DNA of 63,973 nt, counting the filler. It is 6 parts of 6 records of this genome, joined end to end, with 100 filler letters (N's around TTAATTAATTAA, not from the genome) between each part and the next. Parts side by side here need not be neighbours in the genome. Positions count along the whole stretch, not along the records: positions 41,815 to 51,447 come from SRR20825006_1759; positions 51,548 to 58,026 come from SRR20825006_1777; positions 58,127 to 63,973 come from SRR20825006_1779; 3 more parts are not named here. One strand, given 5' to 3'. Below are positions 50,122 to 60,953 of the stretch, one piece after another; positions within the stretch are counted from its first letter, which is position 1; each line of letters starts with the position of its first letter. The position numbers were made by a program, and so were the translations under genes. The notes under the pieces were generated by a model. The model worked only from the letters and a program-made list of their open reading frames with translations. It searched no databases and was not told where the DNA came from.

Positions 50122-51447
50122 ATGAACGTTCAAGCTGACGCGAGCGCACAGTACGCATCGCCTTTCAAAGCCCGTTATGACAACTTTATCGGTGGTAAAT
50201 TTACCCCGCCTGTCCACGGCAAATATTTCGACAACACCACGCCGATCACCGGCCAGAAAGTGTGTGAAGTGGCCCGCTCTGACGCGGCCGATGTCGAGTT
50301 GGCCCTGGATGCCGCTCATGCCGCCAAAGACGCATGGGGCCAGACCAGCGCTACGGAGCGCGCCAACATCCTGTTGAAAATCGCCGACCGGATCGAAGAG
50401 CACCTCGAAGCCATCGCAACGGCAGAAACCTGGGACAACGGTAAGCCGATCCGTGAAACCATGGCTGCCGATATTCCGCTTTCCGCCGACCACTTCCGCT
50501 ACTTTGCGGGTGTTCTGCGCGGCCAGGAAGGTTCCATGTCGGAAATCGACTCGGACACCATCGCCTATCACTTCCATGAGCCTCTGGGCGTTGTCGGCCA
50601 GATCATTCCGTGGAACTTCTCCATCCTGATGGCCGCTTGGAAAATCGCGCCTGCTCTGGCCGCTGGCAACTGTATCGTGCTGAAACCGGCAGAACAGACC
50701 CCGGCTGCGATCATGGTGTTCATGGAACTCATCGCCGATCTTCTGCCGGCTGGCACGCTCAACATCGTCAACGGCTATGGTGCCGAAGTCGGTGCGCCGC
50801 TTGCGCGCTCGCCGCGCATTGCTAAAATCGCTTTCACCGGTTCGACCGCAACCGGCCGGATGATCATGCAATATGCCACCGAGAACCTGATCCCGGTGAC
50901 CTTGGAGTTGGGTGGCAAATCGCCGAACATCTTCTTCTCCGATGTGATGCGCGAAGATGACGCCTTCCTCGACAAAGCTGTCGAAGGCTTTGTTCTCTTT
51001 GCCTTCAACCAAGGCGAAGTCTGCACCTGCCCGTCGCGTGCTTTGATCCAGGAAGACATCTACGAAGAGTTCATCGAACGGTGTATTGCTCGTGTGAAAG
51101 CCATCAAACAAGGCGATCCGCGCGACATCAACACCATGGTTGGGGCTCAGGCGTCTGCCGAGCAGCAGGAAAAAATCCTGTCCTACCTGACCATCGGTCG
51201 CGAAGAAGGTGCCGAAGTTCTTGTCGGCGGCGATGCTGCGCGCTTTGGTGGCGATCTCAAAGACGGCTATTACATCCAGCCGACCATCCTCAAAGGCCAC
51301 AACAAAATGCGTGTGTTCCAAGAGGAAATCTTTGGCCCGGTCGTCTCCGTGACCACCTTTAAAACCGAAGAAGAAGCGCTTCAAATCGCCAATGACACGA
51401 TGTACGGCCTCGGCGCTGGCGTCTGGTCGCGTGACATGAACACCTGC
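50122..51447 (+). CDS. Aldehyde dehydrogenase (AldB/ExaC type), truncated by contig end
   Basis: [53 protein letters not shown]. Confidence 0.95.
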
Positions 51448-51547
51448 NNNNNNNNNNNNNNNNNNNNNNNNNNNNNNNNNNNNNNNNNNNNTTAATTAAT
51501 TAANNNNNNNNNNNNNNNNNNNNNNNNNNNNNNNNNNNNNNNNNNNN
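51448..51547. other. Artificial contig linker
   Basis: N44-TTAATTAATTAA-N44. Confidence 0.98.
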
Positions 51548-51548
51548 C

Positions 51549-52388
51549 ATCCTGATCCCGCCTTCGGTCATTCTGGTCTTTTACGGCATCATGACCCAGC
51601 AGAATATCGGCAAACTGTTCATGGCCGGGATCATACCCGGCCTGGTCGGCATTCTCGGTTATGCGATTGCGGTGATGATTTCCGTCCGGCTTTCCGGCAA
51701 TAACCTGCCGTCGGAAGAAAAGTTGCCACTGATCGAGCGGTTTCGTGCGTTGAAAGGCACTGCGGGCGCTATCGTGCTGTTCATCTTCGTCATGGGTGGT
51801 ATTTATCTCGGCGTGTTCACGCCGACCGAAAGTGCGGGGATGGGCGCCTTCGGTGCATTTTTGCTGACGCTCCTTTCCGGCAAGTTCACATGGTCCGATT
51901 TCGGCAATATCGTCTATTCGACAGTCAAGACCACCGCAATGATGTTCTTCATCCTGTTCGGGGCACTGACCTTCACCAATTACGTCAACCTTTCCGGCAT
52001 GACGGCAGATATTCAGACGGGCCTTTCGGTCTTTGGCGACGGCCCTCTGCCAACCATTCTGGCAATTCTCGTGATTTACCTTCTGCTCGGCTGCGTCCTG
52101 GAAGGCCTTTCGATGATCACGCTGACCGTACCGATCTTCTACCCGATCGTCGCAGCGCAGGGCTTCGATCTGATCTGGTTCGGCATTTTCGTCGTCGTGA
52201 TCACCGAAGTCAGCTACATCACGCCACCGGTCGGCATGAACGCCTTTGTGCTCAATACCGTGGTGCGCGATGTCAGCCTCAGAACCATTTTTTCAGGCCT
52301 GTTGCCATTCGTGGCGATGGATATTGTGCGCATTGCCCTTCTCATTGCCATTCCGGGCATCGCGCTTTTCATTCCGTCGATGATGTAA
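51549..52388 (+). CDS. TRAP transporter large permease (DctM), 5'-truncated
   Basis: ILIPPS, LFMAGIIPG, GVFTPTE, ITPPVG. Confidence 0.93.
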   Translation: MLIPPSVILVFYGIMTQQNIGKLFMAGIIPGLVGILGYAIAVMISVRLSGNNLPSEEKLPLIERFRALKGTAGAIVLFIFVMGGIYLGVFTPTESAGMGAFGAFLLTLLSGKFTWSDFGNIVYSTVKTTAMMFFILFGALTFTNYVNLSGMTADIQTGLSVFGDGPLPTILAILVIYLLLGCVLEGLSMITLTVPIFYPIVAAQGFDLIWFGIFVVVITEVSYITPPVGMNAFVLNTVVRDVSLRTIFSGLLPFVAMDIVRIALLIAIPGIALFIPSMM

Positions 52389-52395
52389 ACCGCTG

Positions 52396-53619
52396 TCAGG
52401 CGGCAGCGCGTCCCCAGGTCGGGAACGGATCGGGCAGACCAGCATAGGCGGCGGCATCAAACGGCGTCTCAGTGTCAGCATCGACGAGGCAGGCATCAAG
52501 GGAAGCGCGGATCAGCTTTTCGTCCATATTGGTGCCGATGAACACGATCTCCTGACGGCGATCACCAAAGGCCGGATCCCAGTTATCCTCGATCAGCTTC
52601 ATGAGTTCGGGGTGATCGGGCCAGCGGCTTTGCGGTACGGCTGCCCACCAACGACCCAGTGGCACGGAGCGGGCAATGGCACCGGCAAGCGAAAACTCTC
52701 CGGCAAAATCCGGGCGCGTTGCCAGCCAGAAATGCCCCTTCGCACGGATCAGGCCCGGCCATGTAGCCCGGCTGAAAAGCGCGAACTTTTCCGGATGAAA
52801 GGGTTGGCGGGCACGGTAAACGAAGCTTGAAATGCCGTACTCCTCGGTTTCCGGCACATGATCAGCAAAGCCGTAAAGTTCCTTGGCCCAGAGCGGATGC
52901 TGGCTGGCCTTGTCTTCAGAAAACAGGCCGGTATCCAGAACCGCGTCGAGATCCACCTTGCCGAAATCGGTTTCGATGATCCTGGCATCAACGTTCAGTG
53001 CACGCACCACTTTCACAACATCTTCGCGCTCTTTTGCCGAAACATCGGAGATTTTGTTGATCACCACGACGTCGGCAAACTCAATCTGTTCGACATGAAG
53101 ATCGACCAGCGTGCGGTCATCGCTATCGCCAGCCACTTCGCCCCGGTCACTTAAAAATTCGTGGCTGCTATATTCGCGCAGGAGATTGATCGCATCGACA
53201 ACGGTGACCATCGTATCGAGACGCGCAAGATCGGACAGGCTGAAGTCGTCTTCATCGCGCCATGAGAATGTCGCGGCCACCGGAAGCGGCTCGGCAATGC
53301 CGGTTCCTTCAATGAGGAGATATTCGAAGCGGCCGTCTTCACTTAACCGCCGGACCTCGCTCAAAAGATCGTCACGCAGTGTGCAACAGATGCAGCCATT
53401 GGTCATTTCAACGAGCTTTTCATCCGCGCGCGAAAGGTCAGCGCCACCGTCCCGAACGAGATCGGCATCAATATTGACCTCACTCATATCGTTGACGATC
53501 ACAGCGACTTTTCGCCCCTCGCGATTGTTGAGGATGTGGTTCAGAAGCGTGGTTTTACCGGCGCCCAGAAAGCCGGACAGAACGGTGACGGGCAGACGGC
53601 GGTCATTGTCTTGCAGCAT
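52396..53619 (-). CDS. COG0523 metallochaperone GTPase (ZigA/YciC-like)
   Basis: [48 protein letters not shown]. Confidence 0.93.
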   Translation of the reverse strand: MLQDNDRRLPVTVLSGFLGAGKTTLLNHILNNREGRKVAVIVNDMSEVNIDADLVRDGGADLSRADEKLVEMTNGCICCTLRDDLLSEVRRLSEDGRFEYLLIEGTGIAEPLPVAATFSWRDEDDFSLSDLARLDTMVTVVDAINLLREYSSHEFLSDRGEVAGDSDDRTLVDLHVEQIEFADVVVINKISDVSAKEREDVVKVVRALNVDARIIETDFGKVDLDAVLDTGLFSEDKASQHPLWAKELYGFADHVPETEEYGISSFVYRARQPFHPEKFALFSRATWPGLIRAKGHFWLATRPDFAGEFSLAGAIARSVPLGRWWAAVPQSRWPDHPELMKLIEDNWDPAFGDRRQEIVFIGTNMDEKLIRASLDACLVDADTETPFDAAAYAGLPDPFPTWGRAAA

Positions 53620-53643
53620 ATCAGCCTCATTTGATCTTCAATA

Positions 53644-53666
53644 GTAATGTTATATCATAACTATTT
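53644..53666. promoter_or_regulatory. Zur-box-like operator
   Basis: GTAATGTTATA-T-CATAACTATTT resembles the proteobacterial Zur palindrome; 25 bp upstream of the COG0523 start. Confidence 0.7.
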
Positions 53667-53778
53667 GAGGCATTTTTCCACGTCAATAGTAAAAGCGCGG
53701 CAGCACTTCAGCTCAGTCGCGCAATCGGCCGTGCTGTTTCAATGTGGCAAAACCTGTCAGCTTGCTGGTTAGGCCTGC

Positions 53779-54459
53779 TCACCGCATCCGCGCAAGACTC
53801 ATCGAAATATGGGCGCGACGCATATGGCCGACAGCATCAAGATTGTTCTGCTCCAGAGCCGTCACAATATCCGCGCTCTCGCGGCAATAGACCTCGGCTT
53901 CCTTTTCCAGATCAATGGAAGATGCCGTGATCTTTTCCAGCCATATCCTGGCCGTGCGGAAATAGAGCCGTTCGCTGACCTTGCGCAAAGGCAGGTTCTG
54001 CGTCAGCGTCAAAAGCAGCAGAAACATGTCACGGTCCAGCGCTGCGAAATCACGCGCGGAGGGATTGGCGCGGAGCGCTTCGGCACGGGCATTCATCGTG
54101 CGGAAGGCGGCAATCAGTGGTGCGGTGACCGGCACCGGATCAAGGCCTGTGACCAGCACCATCAGCTCCATGCGCAACTGATAGACCTGCGCCAGTTCTG
54201 TGATATCAACATCGGTTACCAGCGTGCCGACACCATGGACAGAGGAGACCAGCCCCTCATCCTCCAGCTTGGCCAGAACCCGGCGCAGCGGTGTGCGCGA
54301 TGTGCCGAACTCATGCGCCAGCGCGGCTTCTGAAAGGCGCATCCCCGGCGGGTATTCAAGCATACAGATGCGCTCACGAATGATGTCGTGAATTTGTGTA
54401 TAGCGATTGCGCGCCGTTGGCGCATTGTCATCGTCTGGCGTGGTGTTGGTCATGTCCAT
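53779..54459 (-). CDS. GntR (FCD) transcriptional regulator
   Basis: PGMRLSEAALAHEFGTSRTPLRRVLAKLEDEGLV....GVGT; C-terminal MRRAHI. Confidence 0.93.
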   Translation of the reverse strand: MDMTNTTPDDDNAPTARNRYTQIHDIIRERICMLEYPPGMRLSEAALAHEFGTSRTPLRRVLAKLEDEGLVSSVHGVGTLVTDVDITELAQVYQLRMELMVLVTGLDPVPVTAPLIAAFRTMNARAEALRANPSARDFAALDRDMFLLLLTLTQNLPLRKVSERLYFRTARIWLEKITASSIDLEKEAEVYCRESADIVTALEQNNLDAVGHMRRAHISMSLARMR

Positions 54460-55607
54460 TGTTCCGCCAGCTTATCGAGCATGTTCAGACATTTCTCAAG
54501 TTCGCTGACGGCGATAAATTCATCCGGTGTGTGCGCCTGGTCAATCGAGCCGGGACCGCAGACAACGACATCCATGCCGATCTCCTGAAAAAATCCCGCT
54601 TCCGTGCCGAATGGCACCAGATGTGCCGCATTCTGCCTGGTCAGGGCAAAAACCAGATCGCGAGCGGCATTGTCTTTGCGCGGCACAAGCGCTGCGGCCT
54701 CACCGATTATTTCGGTTTCAATCATCGACTCCGAAGCGACAGACCGCATCAGCGGCAATAGTTCCGCGTCGCAATATTTTGCAATTTCCTGTTTCACGTA
54801 AGCCAGATCATCCGACACGACGGGCCGTGTTTCCCATTTCAGCACAGCACGCGGAGCAATCACATTATGCGACATACCGCCTTCCAGCCCACCGATATTG
54901 AGCGTCGAATAAGGTGGCTCATAGTCAGAACTGTCAGGCGTGCGCTCCATCAGGCCGGTGCGCAGTTCAATCAGCCGGGTGATGTAACGTGCCGCATACT
55001 CCACAGCGTTGATCCCCAGTTCCGGTGCAGATGAATGCCCCGAACGGCCGGTAAAGGTGACGGTATATTCGCAGCAGCCCTTATGCCCCTCGATCACCTG
55101 CATCATCGTCGGTTCACCGACGATCGCCAACGCCGGACGGATTTCACGCTCTTTCAAGTGAGCGACCAGCGACTGCGCGCCGATACACCCTACTTCCTCA
55201 TCATGGGTGAATGCAAAATGGATCGGTGTGTTTCTGGCGGCAGCGGCAAGCACATCAAGCTTCGACAGACACGCCGCGATGAAGCCTTTCATGTCGCAGC
55301 TACCGCGTCCGTAAAGACGGCCATCCCGCTCGACCAACCTAAATGGATCATCCGTCCAGAGCTGATCGTCCACCGGAACAACGTCCGTATGGCCGGAAAG
55401 CACAAGGCCGCCCGGCTTTTCCGGCCCAAGCGTAGCAAACAGATTGGCCTTGGTGCCGGTTTCATCGGTTATAAAATCCACCCGTGCACCGGCATCGGAA
55501 AGCCGCTCGGCAATGTGGGCGACAATCGGTAGATTGCTTTCCGATGAAACTGACGGAAAGGCAACCAGATCGGCCAGAATATCGCGGCAGAGTTCAATAT
55601 CACGCAT
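54450..55607 (-). CDS. argE: Acetylornithine deacetylase-like M20 amidohydrolase
   Basis: LSGHTDVVP, GRGSCDMKG, DEEVG, GEPT, GHSS, FGTEAG, QAHTPDE. Confidence 0.85.
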   Translation of the reverse strand: MRDIELCRDILADLVAFPSVSSESNLPIVAHIAERLSDAGARVDFITDETGTKANLFATLGPEKPGGLVLSGHTDVVPVDDQLWTDDPFRLVERDGRLYGRGSCDMKGFIAACLSKLDVLAAAARNTPIHFAFTHDEEVGCIGAQSLVAHLKEREIRPALAIVGEPTMMQVIEGHKGCCEYTVTFTGRSGHSSAPELGINAVEYAARYITRLIELRTGLMERTPDSSDYEPPYSTLNIGGLEGGMSHNVIAPRAVLKWETRPVVSDDLAYVKQEIAKYCDAELLPLMRSVASESMIETEIIGEAAALVPRKDNAARDLVFALTRQNAAHLVPFGTEAGFFQEIGMDVVVCGPGSIDQAHTPDEFIAVSELEKCLNMLDKLAEQWT

Positions 55608-56803
55608 CAGTCTTTGACATAGAGTTTGCGCGGCACAGTGCAGAGTGCTTCTGCCGGGCCGCTGTCCTTGATCAGAATGGTTTCGGTCATTTCCAGCCCC
55701 CAGTCATCCATCCAGATGCCGGGCATGAAATGGATGGTCATGCCGGGTTGCAGAACCGTATCGTCGCTGAACCGAATGCTGACGGTATGTTCTCCCCAGT
55801 CCGGTGGGTAGGCAAGTCCAGTGGCATAACCTGCACGATTTGGCCGCGTAATCCCGACTTTTTTCAGCGCGGCCTCCAGCGCCTTGGCGATATCGCTGGC
55901 GCGGCTTCCTGCTCTTGCCGCCTCGATACCCGCATTCAACCCATCCATCTGCGCTTCTGCCGCATCGCGCATGAACTGCGGCGGGCGGCCGAAGAAGATG
56001 GTACGCGAAAGCGGCGCATGGTAGCGACGATAGCACCCGGCCTGCTCGATAAAGGTTGCCTCACCGGTCTTGAAGGTTTCACCGCTCCAGGTCAGATGCG
56101 GAGCCGATGCATCCGCCCCGGACGGCAGGAGCGGCATGATTGCCGGATAGTCGCCCCAGTCATCGTCAACACCGTCAATTGCGGCTTTCATCAATTCACC
56201 GACAAGATGGTTCTTCTTCATGCCCGGTTCGGCAAGCGCGAGCGCGTGGGTCATCACCTTGTCGGAAATCTTGGCCGCTTTGCGCATGAATGCGATCTCG
56301 ACATCGGATTTGATCACCCGCTGCCAGTCAAGAAGACCGGAGGCATCAACCAGCCGCGCATTCGGAAGGCCGGCCTGCAGCGCAATATGCCCGGCGGCGG
56401 AATAATAATAGACCCGCATCTCAACACCGATCCGCGCATGCTCAAAACCGAGCATTTTAAGCTTCTCGGCAAGATCATCCATCGGATGGCAGTCATCGGC
56501 CTGAATGTAGTGATCGGCATAAAACAGAATGTGATCTTCCGGCAAATCCGTCGTGCGCCGGGCGCCGTTGGCATCCATCAGCCGCCCCCACCAGTAGGGA
56601 TCGCCCTGCGCCGTCACGATCAGACCCTGATCGACATAAAATGACCAGCCGTCATAACCGGTCAGCCAGTTCATCCCGGCCGGTGTCGTTACGAACAGAA
56701 CATCAATGCCCTGTCGTTCCATTGCCTGCCGCGTCAGCGCCAGACGCCGCAGATACTCCTTTGCCTCAAAGGGCGCTTGCTGTGCTGCCATGCCATTCCC
56801 CAT
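55607..56803 (-). CDS. M24 family hydrolase, ectoine hydrolase DoeA/EutD-like
   Basis: NWLTGYDGWSFY, GDYPAIMPLLPSGADASAPHLTW, YHAPLSRT, YPPDWGEHTVS, HFMPGIW. Confidence 0.85.
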   Translation of the reverse strand: MGNGMAAQQAPFEAKEYLRRLALTRQAMERQGIDVLFVTTPAGMNWLTGYDGWSFYVDQGLIVTAQGDPYWWGRLMDANGARRTTDLPEDHILFYADHYIQADDCHPMDDLAEKLKMLGFEHARIGVEMRVYYYSAAGHIALQAGLPNARLVDASGLLDWQRVIKSDVEIAFMRKAAKISDKVMTHALALAEPGMKKNHLVGELMKAAIDGVDDDWGDYPAIMPLLPSGADASAPHLTWSGETFKTGEATFIEQAGCYRRYHAPLSRTIFFGRPPQFMRDAAEAQMDGLNAGIEAARAGSRASDIAKALEAALKKVGITRPNRAGYATGLAYPPDWGEHTVSIRFSDDTVLQPGMTIHFMPGIWMDDWGLEMTETILIKDSGPAEALCTVPRKLYVKD

Positions 56804-56807
56804 TTAT

Positions 56808-56922
56808 TTGTGCACAACACAATTATTATTCTCCAGAGAAGCTATGAACGCGGCGCAACTTTCTCTCTCTTTGGGATTATTTCGCTTGACTTTCGATGAA
56901 TGCATCTCTGTTGTACACAACA
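56808..56922. promoter_or_regulatory. Two GntR-type palindromes in a divergent promoter region
   Basis: TTGTGCACAA (56808-56817) and TGTTGTACACAACA (56909-56922); TTGACT at 56886. Confidence 0.6.
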
Positions 56923-57042
56923 TTAGTGCGCTTTTTGAAGCCGGTGCAATCGATTTCTTTCAAAGGCGCAAAACACTGTCCGGTATCTGGTTTCAGGGCA
57001 TATCGGACAGGCCTGATCCGACTTTGTCTCATGAGGAACGCC

Positions 57043-58026
57043 ATGCTCACCAACGATCAGCTCGACCGCTTTGACCGCGAAAACTTCTTCCACCCGTCAA
57101 CCCATCTGGCTCAACACGCCCGCGGTGAAAGTCCGAGCCGGATCGTGAAGACTGCCAAGGGCGTCTTCATCGAAGATCGCGACGGCAAAAAACTTCTGGA
57201 TGGCTTTGGCGGGCTTTACTGCGTCAATGTCGGCTATGGCCGCGAAAGCATCATCGAGGCGATTGCCGAACAGGCAAAGGAACTTGCCTATTACCATGCT
57301 TATGCAGGACACGGCACGGAAGCTTCGATCAACCTTGCCAAGATGGTAATGGACCGTGCACCGGACCATATGTCGAAGGTCTATTTCGGCTTGTCCGGTT
57401 CGGATGCCAATGAAACCAACATCAAGCTGGTGTGGTACTACAACAACATTCTCGACCGACCGGAGAAGAAGAAAATCATCTCGCGCTGGCGTGGCTATCA
57501 CGGCTCCGGGCTGATGACCGGTTCGCTGACCGGCCTGCCGGGTTTCCAGAGAAAGTTCGATCTGCCGCTGGAGCGAGTCTTCCACACGACAGCGCCCTAT
57601 TACTACCGCCGCCCCGATCTTGCCATGAGCGAAGCCGATTTCGTTGATCATTGCGTCGCCGAGCTCGAAATGCGGATCGAGCGCGAGGGGGCCGATACGA
57701 TTGCCGCCTTCATCGCCGAGCCGGTCCTCGGTACGGGCGGTATCGTGCCGCCGCCGGAAGGCTATTGGCCGGCGATTTCGGCTGTACTTGAAAAGCACGA
57801 TATCCTGCTGATCGCCGACGAAGTCGTGACCGGTTTCGGGCGCCTCGGCTCGATGTTCGGATCTGATCACTACGGTCTGAAGCCAGATCTGATCACCATC
57901 GCCAAGGGTCTGACTTCGGCTTATGCACCGCTTTCCGGTTCCATCGTTTCGGAGAAAATGTGGAAGGTTCTGGAACAAGGCACCGACGAGAATGGACCGA
58001 TCGGCCATGGCTGGACCTATTCCGCC
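57043..58026 (+). CDS. Class III PLP aminotransferase (DoeD-like), truncated
   Basis: FFHPSTHL, GLYCVNVGYG, SGSDANET, YHG, ADEVVTGFGR, AKGLTS, HGWTYS. Confidence 0.9.
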
Positions 58027-58126
58027 NNNNNNNNNNNNNNNNNNNNNNNNNNNNNNNNNNNNNNNNNNNNTTAATTAATTAANNNNNNNNNNNNNNNNNN
58101 NNNNNNNNNNNNNNNNNNNNNNNNNN
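58027..58126. other. Artificial contig linker
   Basis: N44-TTAATTAATTAA-N44. Confidence 0.98.
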
Positions 58127-58156
58127 CGTAACTCGTAACTCGTAACTCGTAACTCG
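58127..58156 (+). repeat. Heptamer tandem repeat (CGTAACT)x4+
   Basis: Directly visible at the contig start. Confidence 0.9.
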
Positions 58157-58212
58157 CCTGCGCCACCTGCAGGATCGCTTGCAGGCAAGCTCCTGCGGTG
58201 GTGGCGCTAGGC

Positions 58213-60888
58213 TCAGCCCGCCCTCAGTTTCGGTTTGACGGTGATTAGCAGTGCCGGCAGCAGGGTCAGGTTACTGAGCAGGGCCACCAGCATGGCGAGG
58301 CCAGTGAGCAGCCCAAAGTAGACGGTGGGGTTGAAACTGGACAACGCCAGGATGGAGAAGCCTGCGATGATGGTGAGCGAGGTGTAGTACATCGCTTTGC
58401 CGATGGAGCCATGGCAGCGCTTCATGGTAGCCACGTAGTCGTTGTCCTTGGGCAGCTCTTCATGGAAGCGGTGGATGTAGTGAATGGTGTCATCCACGGC
58501 GATACCGATGGTGATGGCGGTGATGGTGATGGTCATCAGGTCCAGAGGCAGGCCGATCCAGCCCATCAGGCCCAGTACCAGTGATGCGGAGATCAGGCTG
58601 GGCACCATGCTGATCAGTGCCACCGGGATGCTGCGGAACAGGATCAGCAGCATGAACAGGATGGCAGCAAAGACGTAGCCCAGGGTTTTGATCTGGGAGT
58701 CGAACAGACTCTGCAACATGTTGTTGTAGAGCACCATGGCGCCGGTGAGGTGCACCTGTTCCGGTTGCAGGCCGAAATCGTTTTGCAGGTCGGTGCGAAT
58801 TTTGGCGAGCAGTTCGTTGCGGTTCAGGTTCTTGTCGGAATCGATCACCCGCACGCTGATGCGCACCTGGTTACCGTCGTCAGACAGGTAGGGTTTCACC
58901 AGCTGTTTGCGCAAATCATCGGGAATGAAACTGGCCAACAGCATCAGCTGCACATAGCTGAGCGGGCGGCCGTTGAGTTTTTCCGCTACCTCGTAGGTGG
59001 TGGCGATGGACAGCACCTTGCCGGTTTCCGGCAGGGCTTCCAGGTAGTCCTGAATGTCCACGAGCTGGCCCAGTCGAGCCGGGGTGAACCAGTAGGATCC
59101 CTTGAGCGGGTTGGGCTCGGCTTTCTTGGGTGTGGACGCGAACGGGTCGGCACCGGCGTCGCTTGCAAAGGGGGCGCTATCGACAAAAGGATCGGCGCTG
59201 TCTGAGGCGAAAGGGTCGCTATCAGCAAATGGATCAGCGCTGCCGGCGTCTTCGTCAGTGCTGTCGGTCATGGCATCAGAAGCAAAGGGGTCACTGGGGC
59301 TGTCGTCCACGCTGTCCCCGTCCCAGCCAGTGGCGGGTTGGTTTAGGGCAGCTTTCTGCGCGGTTGTGGCCTTGGGCGCATCGATGACGATATCCAGCGG
59401 GGTGGTGCCGCCCAGTTTACGGTCGATCTGCACCATGCCTTGATAGATTTCCGTGTCTTTCTGGAAGTAATCAATAAACCGGTTTTCTACGGTGAGGCGG
59501 CTGACACCCCACAGGGAGGCAATGATCACGGCCAGCGCGACGAACAGAAGAATCGGTCGATGGCGTTCGGTGAAACCGGCAAAGGCCAGAGTCAGCTCCC
59601 GGCTGATGTCGCGGCCTTGCCGGGGGGCGCCGGCAGACAGCGGGGCAAGCAGGGCGGGGAACACCAGAAAACAGACGATCAACGACACGCCCAGACCCAG
59701 GGTCATCATCCAGCCAAAATCGATCACCGGGCGAATGCCGCTGATTACCAGTGAGGAAAAGCCGACCATGGTGGTGAGGATCATGTAGATGCTGGGGCGC
59801 ATCATGTGGGCGGCGGTCTCGCGGATCAGCCATGTCTGGCTGGCGTCCGGGTTCTCTTCGTGCAATTCGCGAAAGCGCACGGTGAGGTGGATGGTAATGG
59901 ACATGGTGATGATCAGCAGCAAGGAAATATAGTTGCTGCTGATGACTGATACTTTCCAGTCCATCCAGCCCAGCCAGCCGGTCACCGCCAGTACGGTGAC
60001 GCCACAGCAGGCCAGTGGCACGATCACCCAGCGGGGGCGGCGGAAAATCACGAACAGGGTGAGAATCAGGAAGACCAGCACGCCAACACCGAACACTTTC
60101 AGGTCCGAGCGAATGAAGCGCACCAGGTCAGTAGTGATCATCGGTACACCGCCCAGGAACAGGTTGGCGTCGTCCCGGTAGCTGTCCATGATTTCACGCA
60201 CCTGGTCGATTTCCCCGGCGGTGCGCTGCTGGATCTGGCTGCTGTAGTCACTGAAAGCGCGGGTGGCCTCTTCCAGGGCCTGCTGGCCTTGTTCGTCCAG
60301 CTCGCCGTTGCGCTCCAGGTCGCGCAGGTCATTACGCTTGTAGAGCAGGTCGTAATATTTCTGGTCGCGCTCGAAGCTCACCAGCAGGGCGGTGGTGTTG
60401 CCGTCGTCACTGACCAACAGGTCTTCGTACAGTGGGTTCTCGTCGGTGAACTCTTTCTCGGCCAGGGACAGGTCTACTCCTTCGCTGGTGAGAGTACGGT
60501 ATTCATTGGCCAGATCACTGAATTCCACCTGGGGGCTGAACAGCAGGGGCACGTCCAGCATGCTGTACACCGAGCTGACTCGGTCCACGTCCTTGAGGGA
60601 TTGCTGCAGGGACTGCAGGTGGTCCAGGCTGCTCTGTTGAAACAGGGGTTTGTCTTTGGGGCTGTAGGTGATGATCAGGAAATCACTGCCGCCGTACTGT
60701 TTGGAGACCTTGCGGTAGTACTCCAGCGCTTTGTCGTTCTCCAAGACCATGGAATCCGCTGACGCATCGATTTTGAAATTGCGGGCCTGGGTGGCGGCGA
60801 CACCACAAATGAGCACCAGCAGCACCAGCCACAAAACAGGATGTGCCAGTACAGCCCGGCAATAGGCGTTAAACAATCGATGGGTCAT
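58213..60888 (-). CDS. MMPL/RND-family transporter
   Basis: Two TM blocks with periplasmic domains; LGGTTPLDI, GIAVDDTIH, LLPALL. Confidence 0.92.
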   Translation of the reverse strand: MTHRLFNAYCRAVLAHPVLWLVLLVLICGVAATQARNFKIDASADSMVLENDKALEYYRKVSKQYGGSDFLIITYSPKDKPLFQQSSLDHLQSLQQSLKDVDRVSSVYSMLDVPLLFSPQVEFSDLANEYRTLTSEGVDLSLAEKEFTDENPLYEDLLVSDDGNTTALLVSFERDQKYYDLLYKRNDLRDLERNGELDEQGQQALEEATRAFSDYSSQIQQRTAGEIDQVREIMDSYRDDANLFLGGVPMITTDLVRFIRSDLKVFGVGVLVFLILTLFVIFRRPRWVIVPLACCGVTVLAVTGWLGWMDWKVSVISSNYISLLLIITMSITIHLTVRFRELHEENPDASQTWLIRETAAHMMRPSIYMILTTMVGFSSLVISGIRPVIDFGWMMTLGLGVSLIVCFLVFPALLAPLSAGAPRQGRDISRELTLAFAGFTERHRPILLFVALAVIIASLWGVSRLTVENRFIDYFQKDTEIYQGMVQIDRKLGGTTPLDIVIDAPKATTAQKAALNQPATGWDGDSVDDSPSDPFASDAMTDSTDEDAGSADPFADSDPFASDSADPFVDSAPFASDAGADPFASTPKKAEPNPLKGSYWFTPARLGQLVDIQDYLEALPETGKVLSIATTYEVAEKLNGRPLSYVQLMLLASFIPDDLRKQLVKPYLSDDGNQVRISVRVIDSDKNLNRNELLAKIRTDLQNDFGLQPEQVHLTGAMVLYNNMLQSLFDSQIKTLGYVFAAILFMLLILFRSIPVALISMVPSLISASLVLGLMGWIGLPLDLMTITITAITIGIAVDDTIHYIHRFHEELPKDNDYVATMKRCHGSIGKAMYYTSLTIIAGFSILALSSFNPTVYFGLLTGLAMLVALLSNLTLLPALLITVKPKLRAG

Positions 60889-60953
60889 GAGTTATCCGAT
60901 TTACGTTACAGGAGGTCTGCGATTGTGCTGTGTATGCAGGCAACAGACCGGTT

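Noticed and set aside
50077-51384. 435-aa antisense ORF
   Set aside because: Mirror frame of the aldehyde dehydrogenase; no motifs.
55484-58008. 386-aa (+) and 303-aa (-) ORFs
   Set aside because: Antisense shadows of the DoeA-like and aminotransferase genes.
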